A stretch of DNA of 35,575 nt from Blastocystis sp. subtype 4 (lineage: Eukaryota). Each line of letters starts with the position of its first letter. The first letter of the stretch is position 1. Made by a program: the position numbers and the translations under genes. The notes under the pieces are model-generated. The model searched no databases. It saw only the letters and a program-made list of their open reading frames with translations, and had not been told where the DNA came from. This document shows, in pieces, positions 1 to 9,497 of the stretch. The stretch spans positions 1 to 35,575 of the forward strand of contig NW_014569463.1 in NCBI RefSeq assembly GCF_000743755.1, read 5' to 3'.

Positions 1-257
1 ATAGTTGAATAGATGGTGTTAGAACGATCACAAGAACTATTTGTCAAATCTATTAACGATAACTACGAGAGTTGAGGCAAATCCTCAGGATTGAGAGCAT
101 GCTTATTTCCAAGGGATAGCAAAGGATTCAGCCACAGAAAGAGTATTTTGGAGAAGAAATTGGCCTTCTCCTCGTAACTCTCATGTGGTTGTCTGTTGAT
201 TATTACCGTTCTAAGCACATACATTTCATTCTTATGTTTTGAGGAGTCTATTTCCAT
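1..257 (-). CDS. ABCC/MRP-type ABC transporter, 5' end (runs off the window)
   Basis: EEKANFFSKILFLWLNPLLSLGNKHALNPEDLPQL is the typical ABCC L0/lasso segment. A 30-nt GT-AG intron at 37-66 removes the apparent stop and the frame continues (SCDRSNTIYST). Confidence 0.8.
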
Positions 258-396
258 AATAGTTTAATGACATTTCACCGTTGACACAAGTTTTATGTCC
301 ATGAAACTGTCATCCATTTCCAAGTTGTGGTTAAAAATAGCTTCCCTAAAATGAAGTAAAACAGTCTAGAGTGAAAGAAGAATGAATTGTCTGTTC

Positions 397-1250
397 TTAG
401 GATTCCTACAATGTAGATGCCTTCTTAGATAATCAAACAGAAGAATCACTATCTGAAAAATACAGTAAATGGGATATTCCTTGACTCTTTTCGTGAATTA
501 CTTTATCTGTCGATTTCTCCTTCTTTTCGTTATTTTGTTCCTTTTCGTTCTTCTTTCCATCCTTTTCTTTTCTCCGAACTCGCAGCTTGGATGTCTTCTT
601 TCCCATGTCTATTTTCGTTTGTTTACCGAAAATGAGATTCTGGACTCTACCTTTAATCATTTCATCGCATTCCAACAATTCAGTGTCTTCATCTTCAGCT
701 AACATTGTATCCCGCTGCATTAATTCTATCAATCACTCACTACAAAATACAGTTACTAAACTGCTTTTCCTCATAATCCATCTTCTCTTTTGTGATGCGT
801 TCACGTTCCCGACGAGCAATCTCCATCTGTTCATAATCTTTATATTCTTCATCATCCATTGGACGGACTCCGTACATCAGTTTACGTCGTTCTGCCAACT
901 CATCTTCCTCACGCTTCTTGTTCTCCTTCAACTGATCGAAAAGAGATCTATATCGTCAGGAATAGTCAAGAAACAAACATCCGTTGACTAGGATGCAAAT
1001 CTTCTGGAATCACAACAGATTTTTCATTAGAATCGTTGGAACTATCCTGTAGATAATAGTTCTAGTATGTTACTACATTATCCTTGTCATGAAGTTCTGA
1101 TGCCGCTCGGAATTTCAATTTCCTTCCAGTATCTTGGAATAGAGGCTTTTCCTGAAGTGAAGATACTTCCTTCTCCTTTTTCGGCTTTACAGTACCTATT
1201 CATTAGCTATTATATATAAAAGCACTGAGATATTCCGACAATGCATCCAT
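397..1250 (-). CDS. FAM192A/PSME3IP1 (NIP30, yeast Fyv6)-like protein, multi-exon
   Basis: Spliced product starts MDALSEYLSTVKPKKEKE. It contains RSLFDQLKENKKREEDELAERRKLMYGVRPMDDEEY, resembling the NIP30 N-terminal motif (SLxxxLxENKxxxxEE...RxLDEDE), then a Lys/Glu-rich tail. TAA at 397-399 after a last intron. Confidence 0.65.
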
Positions 1251-1392
1251 TGGACAGACACAGACGCTCAAATCAAAGGAATTAGTATGTTCAGATAACT
1301 GGAATGACCAATTTCGACTCGAAATCATTGGCTTAGAAACTGGAATTCCTAAAGAACTGAATATTGTTGTTATTATCATTTTCTCGCTATCT

Positions 1393-1988
1393 ATGGTAGG
1401 TATCGATAATATTATATGATGGTAGTATTCAGAGAAGGATCGGTATCAGATAGACAAATCCTATATGCCATCTACTGTTAATCTTATCATAAAGTCTATT
1501 GAACATATTCAGGAGGATTTAGCGAAACGCGATTGGTATTGCTTTTATTCCTTTTTATGAGAATAGGAATGGCATTTCAGCAGTCTATGGTGATGTTACC
1601 CAACAGTTACTCGAACTGAATACTGCTGTTGGTTTAGACTATTTCTTTTCCTAGTAGGCAGCAAAGAAACTATCCCATTTTGTTGTTGTTCCCCGTGTTG
1701 TCGGTGATAGTGATGGTTAATTATCTCAGTTGCTTTAAGCCTTAGTTCCATCAACGTTAGCGGCTTTTTTTCCTAAAGAGAAGCAGGAGATGGATAGATC
1801 CCTGGAGGAGACCCTTGTTGAAGATAATTATATGTTTTCAGGTGATACTGACTCCCTATATTTTGTTCTATTCTTTGGATTGCATAATGTGTAGGAGAAG
1901 ATCGAGCGTCGTAACCAATGGAGTGACGAATTGGAAAGTACATTTAAGGAATACAATATGCAAAGGAAAGAAAATAAAGGAAAACGGT
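1393..1988 (+). CDS. Putative Mediator subunit 8-like protein; stop codon probably completed by polyadenylation
   Basis: ATG (1393-1395) is followed directly by a 30-nt intron (1396-1425). Spliced: MYSEKDRYQIDKSYMPSTVNLIIKSIEHIQEDLAKRDWNGISAVYGDVTQQLLELNTA..KKLSHFVVVPRVVGD..VPSTLAAFFPKEKQEMD..EKIERRN..KENKGKR-T. The W...FVVxP..V...P..L pattern resembles plant-type MED8. Confidence 0.5.
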
Positions 1989-2064
1989 TTCGTGTTTGTC
2001 ACAAATACGGGCAATATGGAACACAAAGGACTAGTTCATTAATAATGAATCTTTCAAACAGCTA

Positions 2065-2685
2065 TAAAGAAGTACCTACTCATCATTAACAGTATCTAGG
2101 ATGACATATTCTACAACTTGGTTGCGTAGATCAGCATTCTCGACTTTCAACTGCTGAATTTCTTCCGAAAGCTGTTCATCATACAACTCACACATTAGTA
2201 CCTTATCATTACTGTCTATACATTCCATAGCATAGTCGGAGAGAGTCCTGCTTTTCTCTTTTTCTTGAGATAACTCTTCCTGAAGAGTTTGATTCTTGAA
2301 CTGTAGCTCAGATACCACATCCTCTAGCGTTTTATCACTTTTTGAATCTGAATAAACCTAATCAACACAACACTTACACTTACTTACAGGATGAGAAAAC
2401 GTTGATTCTTTTCCATCAATACTGAGTTGCTCATTCTGAACATCTGTAAGCGCATTTCGTGCTAATTTACTTGTTTTCTTCACAGGCTCCGTGGAATTGT
2501 CCTGAGGAAGTCTCTAGTACTCATCCACTTTGGATCAATTCCCTACATTACGTTTTCGAGATCCAGATAAAAGATTCGCATTTTCATCAGTTCTATAATT
2601 GCCATTACACAAAGACATCCTACTGCATTCCCAGTTTGGCAGGAGAGAGAAGACCACCAGATTTGTTATTTCCAGGCGTCGGCAT
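2065..2685 (-). CDS. Small coiled-coil protein with a destruction box (probable APC/C substrate)
   Basis: Starts MPTPGNNKSGGLLSPAKLGM, with ~30-nt introns (e.g. 2172-2201, 2076-2105). Contains RNALTDVQN and the C-terminal heptads ECIDSNDKLSEEIQQLKVENADLRNQVVEY. Confidence 0.6.
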
Positions 2686-2960
2686 GTAAGAATTGAAAAT
2701 AACTCTTGGAGCGCATTTCAAAAAAGGCGCAAAACTCCGCGGGCTTTTGGATGAACAGGATTCATTTCTCTTCTTACATAGATCACCTTTATCAAAGATG
2801 AGTTCAATCACCCTTATCTAGACATCCATTGTAGAACGACTTGAAGAGTCGTTTCTATTACACTTCCTTCCTTACATGACTTCCAATTCTGAATGTATTA
2901 CGAAAACTAGTTACACTCGGATTCACTCTTCTTGTTTCTTTCCTGTTTTTGTTACGTGCA

Positions 2961-5900
2961 ATGTATCAGGTAGGTATTTTGAATAGGATAGTATGCTGTT
3001 TTCTGTTCTATCGTCCTTTATACCCATTTTCTAACCTCGTGAAGGGATCGACGAATCCGAAAGGATATAAGAATGAAAACCCCGTGGGGACTCCAAAAGG
3101 AAGAGTAAGTCCGTTCGCAGCCCATAATCGGCCTGGAAGTGATCGTACTGTGATTGTTGATAATAACTTTCATTTAAAGGTGAAAGAATCCACCCCTGTG
3201 AGTCCGTTTGCTCCAACGGCCAAGACAGTACCAAATACTACAAAACGAGTACCTCCCGTTGTTCAGAGCTTTAGGCCAGTCCAGCTATCTTCTTCTACAT
3301 CGAACTCAGTACCTTCTGAAAGAACGCCTATTCTTCCAGTTCCCTCGGTCCCTCATCCACAGGAATCTGTGGCAGTGAGTAAGCCGTCCAATGGGCGAAA
3401 TATTCGCAAGCTGTCTTCTTTTCCGGTTGTGCCGCGATTGCCGGAAACTCCGGTACCTGTAGCGCCGTCCGAACCAGAGCAAGTTGTTTCAAAGGTGACA
3501 CGTCCTGTTAGGGTTTGTGTAATTTTGGTGATGAATAGAAATTGGTCCCTTTTGTAGCGCAAGGAGTGTCGGGAAGTATGCAGAGTAGTTCGGGAACTGA
3601 AGGGAATGTGCTAGGAGTCGCAGGGAATGTACAGGGATCCTTACAAGGTACTCAAAGTGGATTGGAAACATCAAAACCCAAAGAGGATAGAGTGCATCGT
3701 TCACGAAAGATTAAGCCGTTACTTCCTCCTGCTGTTCTGCAACCACAAATAAATGTCTCCCAGACACAGTCAAGTAGTTCTCAACCCCAGACTGTCATTC
3801 CTCCAAATGGTGGATCTCACGGCAAGAATAAGGTGATTCTTCCTCCTGTGGTGACTTCAACTCTACCTGCGGAGGATCTTGCAAAGGATGCATTGAAAAC
3901 TACTGAGCACATATTGTCAGAATTGGCTGCAAAAGAGGATGATAGGCTTGATACTATAACTGCAGAATCCTTCTTTGCTCCACCTCCTGAAGAGGATCAT
4001 GTTCCTGTCGAAGCGCCTGTATTGACTACGTCAGAATCTCTAGCATCACTCCCAGAACAATCTGTTCTTGTCACATCTGAACAACCTGCTCCTATCACAC
4101 CTGAACAATCTGCTTCTATCACACCTGAACAACCTGCTCCTATCACTCAACAATCAGTTCCTGTCACATCTCAACAGCCTACTCCTATCATACCTGAACA
4201 ATCTACTCCCCTCCCCCTTTCCTCATCCTCTGAGCAATCTCCTTTTTCTCCACCCCAACAGCTGATCCCTCCAACTCAGTTGACTACACCAGTCACACCG
4301 ATTACTCCACAACGGCCAATCAATGAAACTCCTCTCACTCCCTTCATTCCAAAAGGATCATCTCCTCTCCCAACACATAGAGTTAGCTTTGCTTGTGGAC
4401 CGCATCACATCACCACCCAACTCCCACATGACAACTTCTCTCTCCTTTCGTTCTCGTCCCTAGATGGCCCATTAACCCACGGAAAGAAACGAGAGAAAGT
4501 GCTTCAGTGGTTGATGATCCAAGAGGAAGCAAGTGGGAGAGAGATTACGAGCTAATGTGTAGCAACAGATGATGATTGGAAGCTTCTCTGGGGCGTTCTT
4601 CGCATTCATGTGGAGAGTAATGGTGTCTTGGGCTCTGAACGCAGTGCTGCTACACGTGACAAGCTCTGTGCTTTGTTGATGGCAAATACGAACTACATTA
4701 ATGATTTGCCACCTCGAGAACTCCCAAATCCAAGTCCTGATACTTATGCCAGTGATCTGGTGGCCATTCAAGATTTGCTGTTGGGAGGACGAGTAGAACT
4801 GAAGGTGAAATGTGATTCTAGAGACAGGAAGCGATATCCATTGCAACACAGAACAATCTATGGGCATTAGCGATGGTTTCTGCTTATCTTGAAGGAGAAG
4901 ATGTTTTCAAGGAGGTGTGTCGTCAGTATTGCGATCAATTATTGCCCCAGCAGAATACTCTTGCTCTCATTCTTCCGCTTATTCTAGGGAACTCAAAGAC
5001 ATCCCTTCAAGACATGAATCTCCAGGGATGGTCACGTATGCTCTCGGGTCTGTTGGCTATTGTGCCAAAGGAGGCCGCAACAGCGCTTATCACAGAGTTG
5101 GGAGCCAGTCTTCAGGCTCAACATCGGATCATTCCAGCTCAGATCTGTGCAATTCTCTGTGGTCGAGAGCTTCAGTCATTCACTGCTAATCCGGCTTTTT
5201 CGCTTTTGGGAGGGGAAGTAGTCGAGGAAGGACCTAGTGGAAGTAATGAAGATCAAGAAGGCGCTCTGGTTGCTTGCATCGCGGCTTCAGAGATCTATGA
5301 GTATGGTCTATCGCTATCGAATGGAATGTATCGATCGCGTTCATTAGCTTCAGTTAAACTCCTCCATGCTCTCCACTGTGAGGAGAAGGGCTTGGTAGAA
5401 CAGGCGCGCGGTTATGTGGAGGAGTTGAATGGGTTTGTGAAGAACTATCGGGTGAATAATGTGAGCTTTCAGAATCAGTTGGAATTGTTGAGACAGCGAT
5501 TGGGAACGGAGGGAGACAAAGATGAAGATAATTCAATCATTGGTCATTTGTTGTCTGCCGTAGATAAGGGAATTAACAGTATTATGGCGACGGTTGAAGG
5601 AGAGATGTCTCCACAATCGGTTGAAACATCGCAGCCTGAAACTCCGGTGGCTCCGATACAGACTATGGGGCAGACAGTATCTCAAGGGCAGCCAACACCT
5701 CTTGGACAACAAACACCTCCTTTGATACAAGCACCTGCTATTGGGCAACAGCAGGTTCCTACACAACCAGCAGTGGAGCAACAACCAGAACTTGTAACAT
5801 TACGTCCCACACCTGCTCAGCGGCGTTCTCATCGTGCAGATTCTCACAAACGGCCATTCATTCCCTTCATCCCTACTACTCCACTCTCAGAGATCAATCC

Positions 5901-6787
5901 AGAAACAAGGAACTCAATCCCAACACCTGAGGCGGAGAAACCTGTTATTGAAGAGACACCGATTCGGAACGATAGTCCTGTGGTCTCAGAGGATCCACCT
6001 CGTCATGTAATGTTTGCTGCTCCCATTCCTATGAAAACAGAGCCTGTAATGGCCCAGGCTCCCACTCCCGCTCCTGTTGCTCAGGAGACACCATTTGAAT
6101 CATACCCAGTACAGACACAGCCCAAGCCAACTCCATCCCAACCCAAACAGACTCCAAAACCAGCGACTACACCAACGGAAGTGCCGAAGAAGGAAGAACG
6201 AAGTACCTGGTCCCTATTTGGTTCTCTTTTTGGTCGTTCGGAATCTGGCAAAAAGGTTTATAAAGTGGAATTGCCAAAAGAGGAAGTGAAACCGTACTAT
6301 GATGAGATGAAGAAGAAGTGGATAATTCCTGGAGTAGAGGAGGAGGAAGAAGCTGCTCCTTTACCTCCTCCACCTCCAATGGTATCTGCGCCTGTTCAAC
6401 CTCCAGAATCTAAATTAGTTGACTCGAACCCTATTACTGCGGTCAAACCAATTGAACCGAGTCGTCCTCCTGTGCAACCTCTCATGCCAGTTCCTGTAGC
6501 GTATGAAAGAGAAGAAAATGAGCAATCGCAATCTGATCAAGTTCAACCAAATCAGCTTCCTCTATCTGACCAACTTCCACCATCGAATCAGCTTCCTTTA
6601 TCTGACCAACTTCCTCCATCGAACCAGCTTCCTCCGTCAGATCAATCTCAGTCATCTCAAACCGATCAAACTCAGTTCCTTCCACATGATCAGTCTCAAT
6701 CTTCTACCCAACCTCGCAGGCAAAACAAACGTGTAGCAAAAAGCAAATCCAAATCAAGACCTATGGCTCTATATGCAAATCCATTCT
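2961..6787 (+). CDS. SEC16: COPII scaffold Sec16
   Basis: Long Pro/Ser-rich arms flank a central ACE1-like domain (LLWGVLRIHVESNG; EAISIATQNNLWALA; EIYEYGLSL; KLLHALHCEEKGLVEQARGY). C-terminal YYDEMKKKW matches the Sec16 YYD..KKRW motif. Introns join the ORFs at 2949, 3542, 4610 and 4873. Confidence 0.85.
4053..4210 (+). repeat. Coding tandem repeat, ~24-nt unit (EQPAPITP-like) in Sec16
   Basis: Repeated gaacaacctgctcctatcacacct-like units. Confidence 0.85.
6549..6645 (+). repeat. Coding tandem repeat, 18/36-nt unit (NQLPLSDQLPPS) in Sec16
   Basis: aatcagcttcctctatctgaccaacttccaccatcg repeated about 2.5 times. Confidence 0.85.
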
Positions 6788-6827
6788 CATGTGTTTATAC
6801 AAACAAAGACAATACTACATTGCACTC

Positions 6828-8489
6828 TTAGATAGTAACCTTAGCGGACTTAGGCTTAGGTGCGGCCTTAGGTGCAGGCTTAGGAGCGGCCTTAGGAGCA
6901 GGTTTAGAGGTGGTCTTCAATGTTTTTACATTCTTGCTACGAGAACGACTTGACTTGACGCAGCATCCAATCAACAGAATAATCAAACAGACGACAAGGA
7001 TAACAACAGAAATAATCAGGAAAGTATAATCTTGTTTCTTCTGACAGTGCGTATCAGGAATACTCCACATGGCAATATCACCCTCTCTTACACACCTACG
7101 AACCATCCTACCTTCATCATACTCGTCGGTAGGGCAACTGAAGTATGAAGTGCTGCCAACAACAGCCTCTGCATAATCCTCAGTAGCTGCACAAGAAGGC
7201 TCAGAAATAATAATAGTGATTGATTGTGAAACAGAATTGGGAGCATCAGCAGAGGCCTTTGCAGTCACAGTACCAGTATAAGTGTAGGCACTAGTCGAGG
7301 AGCCACTGATTACACCAGTTACCTCATCCAAACTGAAACCTTCAGGAAGTTCAGGAGAAATAGAGAAGTAGTTAACAATTCCATTATAAGAAGGACGACC
7401 TGTAGTCATGAAGACACCAGTATACACCTCATAGATAGTCTTAGAATACAAGAAATTTGTAGGTCTCTCAGCAATACAACCCATAGTCAGCTCATCTTGA
7501 TAAACACCATCCACACACTGACGAAGAACACTACCAATGTAACCATCAGGGCAGTTCAGTGAAATACTCTGACCACTGATTGTAGTTACAGCCACACCAC
7601 TGTCATTCTCAAGACCACTACAAGAAGCAGCCGTCACAGCCAGACTAACAATACAAGTTGTAGAACCTCCAAGATTGGAGGCAGTAACAGTGACGGAATA
7701 GGATCCAACAGCAGCAGTAGGAACTCCAGCAATCGTACCCTTATTCGTCAGTTGGATACCAGCAGGAAGAGGAGTAGAGGTCCAAGTTGTAACAGTATTC
7801 GAAACACTAGGTGTCAAAACAATCGACTCTCCACGTCTCACACTTGTGGATCCAATATAAGAAAGACTAGAAGGAGCCATCAACTGACAATTTGTGGTGT
7901 CGATAGGACCGAAGGAGCCATCGTTACATACACGGGTAGCAGTTCCTGTGTATCCAGCAGAACAGGGGGCAGAGGCAATCTGACCAGCCTCTGTTTCAGG
8001 GAAGTTATCAAGAGCTTGACAAATAACAGGAGACACCGTAATCTTCAGAGTTGTGGATGACTCTCCACCAGTAATAGTATAGGTTGTCTCCTCTGAGACA
8101 GCAGTAGGAGTTCCAGAGATAGATCCGTCTGCCGTGCTGAAAACAAGACCGGCGGGAAGGTCCTCACTGATGGAAAAGGAGGAAATGGCACCATCAGTCT
8201 GAAGACTAAGAGTAGCAATAGGATGGTCCTTAGTAAACTTAATAGCACTAATACCATAGGAGAACACAGTCACCACTCGTGGTGTGCAATGAGTCGTATC
8301 GGCCTCTCCGTAAGTTGTATCAGTACACACAGCAGACTGGTATCCGTCTTGATTACTAGGACATCCAGCATAAGCAGTCTCTCCTGTAGCGGCAGATCCA
8401 AATGTTTCATCATTACAATCTCCGTTGACAACTTGAATGGCACAAATCAGTAGGACAAATCCAAACAACTTCAAAGTAACACTTTTCAT
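6828..8489 (-). CDS. Type I membrane surface protein with alternating Cys-rich HRM-like and He_PIG Ig-like modules
   Basis: Uninterrupted 553-aa ORF with a signal peptide. Four modules of type C..FP.T..G....PC..GY.G.A.R.C..G.F...D...C alternate with three LPAGL.F...G.ISGTPT modules. TM helix FLIISVVILVVCLIILLIG, then a basic tail with KPAPKAAP repeats. Confidence 0.85.
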   Translation of the reverse strand: MKSVTLKLFGFVLLICAIQVVNGDCNDETFGSAATGETAYAGCPSNQDGYQSAVCTDTTYGEADTTHCTPRVVTVFSYGISAIKFTKDHPIATLSLQTDGAISSFSISEDLPAGLVFSTADGSISGTPTAVSEETTYTITGGESSTTLKITVSPVICQALDNFPETEAGQIASAPCSAGYTGTATRVCNDGSFGPIDTTNCQLMAPSSLSYIGSTSVRRGESIVLTPSVSNTVTTWTSTPLPAGIQLTNKGTIAGVPTAAVGSYSVTVTASNLGGSTTCIVSLAVTAASCSGLENDSGVAVTTISGQSISLNCPDGYIGSVLRQCVDGVYQDELTMGCIAERPTNFLYSKTIYEVYTGVFMTTGRPSYNGIVNYFSISPELPEGFSLDEVTGVISGSSTSAYTYTGTVTAKASADAPNSVSQSITIIISEPSCAATEDYAEAVVGSTSYFSCPTDEYDEGRMVRRCVREGDIAMWSIPDTHCQKKQDYTFLIISVVILVVCLIILLIGCCVKSSRSRSKNVKTLKTTSKPAPKAAPKPAPKAAPKPKSAKVTI

Positions 8490-8593
8490 TTCCGTAAGAA
8501 AAAGTTAAATCCACTCCATTCATTGACTTTGAAACTCCCATTCAATTTTCAACACATGATTGGTCGTTCTATTTAACCCCCAAATCGAAAAGA

Positions 8594-8809
8594 GAGATAC
8601 TATCAATGCATCGTTTGACAAGTACCCTAACATGGTGATGAAGTTTAAAGAAGTTCGAAGTGTTGATGTTTTCATACTCAACACTCTACGAACGAAGCTC
8701 CAAGTTCTTTGAACTGAATTACCAAGTGTGTACAATTCAATGAATGTGAAGATTTCACAAGAAGAAGTGGTATTCACTACATGATCTCATCACATTATGG
8801 ATCCATTTT
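8594..8809 (+). ncRNA. Candidate structured Pol III-type ncRNA (possible telomerase RNA)
   Basis: Nested stems whose imperfect pairs are G-U on the + strand. Upstream TCCCATTCAA (8536-8545) and TATTTAA (8570-8576). Internal ACCCTAAC (8624-8631), a 3' hairpin and TTTT (8806-8809). Confidence 0.35.
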
Positions 8810-8943
8810 CATTTGCTTCTGATCATTTCTATATCATCTTTTTCCATGTGATTTGTGTTCCATCAGCTCTTTTAACGTAGCAATCTATACACCGACTTAA
8901 TCACCTCTTCCACCTAAGAAACCAAAGTAGTTTTCATAAAAGA

Positions 8944-9345
8944 ATGGCATCATCTTCGGATTCACTTCAAGCATCGATTGTGTTAAAAGAAACAAAACGG
9001 ATCCTTGATGATGGTATTCAAGTATACAAAAGAAATGGAGTCATGATGAGGTATCCAAAGAAGCAAGGGAATCAATCCAACTGTCAGCAACAATCTTTAT
9101 ACATTATATTACAGCAGCGTAAGGGACAAAGAAGAGTGTCGTGTTTAGAGCACTCGATATCGCCCAGAGTCAAAAGAAATCTACAATTCAACCTTCACAT
9201 ATTCTGAAGGCCTTAGAGGAGAATGGATTTGAGATGATGATCCCTGAGATTGAAGATTTTGTACAGCGTATGTAAGAATCCAAAGATCTTGATTGTAGAA
9301 ATCGAAATAAATGCAGCAAAAAGTACGAAACAGGGTGATGAATAA
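8944..9345 (+). CDS. Histone-fold protein, POLE3/DPB4/CHRAC17 (NF-YB-like) family
   Basis: Three introns. Spliced: ..KRILDDGIQVSKEARESIQLSATIFIHYITAAALDIAQSQKKSTIQPSHILKALEENGF..GDE*. Matches the ISKEAR....A.VF..Y....A......KRKT....VL.A.EE pattern. Confidence 0.8.
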
Positions 9346-9497
9346 GTGTCTTTCTTTTTGTTCCAAATCTTGTACAAATGAGATATTCAAACTGAAGGAA
9401 AGTGATTAGAACCATTCTTCTTGGATTTGGGTCTATTGGGCTCATTGCGCCATTCCCATTTACTCACTATCACCCATAATTGACCACTTTTGGATCA

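Noticed and set aside
8635..8717. GTGATGA...CTGA as a box C/D snoRNA, or ATGA..GA as a SECIS
   Set aside because: The interior is fully base-paired with no free guide and a weak terminal stem. The apical region is too large for a SECIS, and there is no upstream same-strand UGA-containing gene.
8820..8833. GATCATTTCTATA resembles U3 snoRNA box A
   Set aside because: Box A' is poor, and there is no room for boxes C'/B/C/D before the ATG at 8944.
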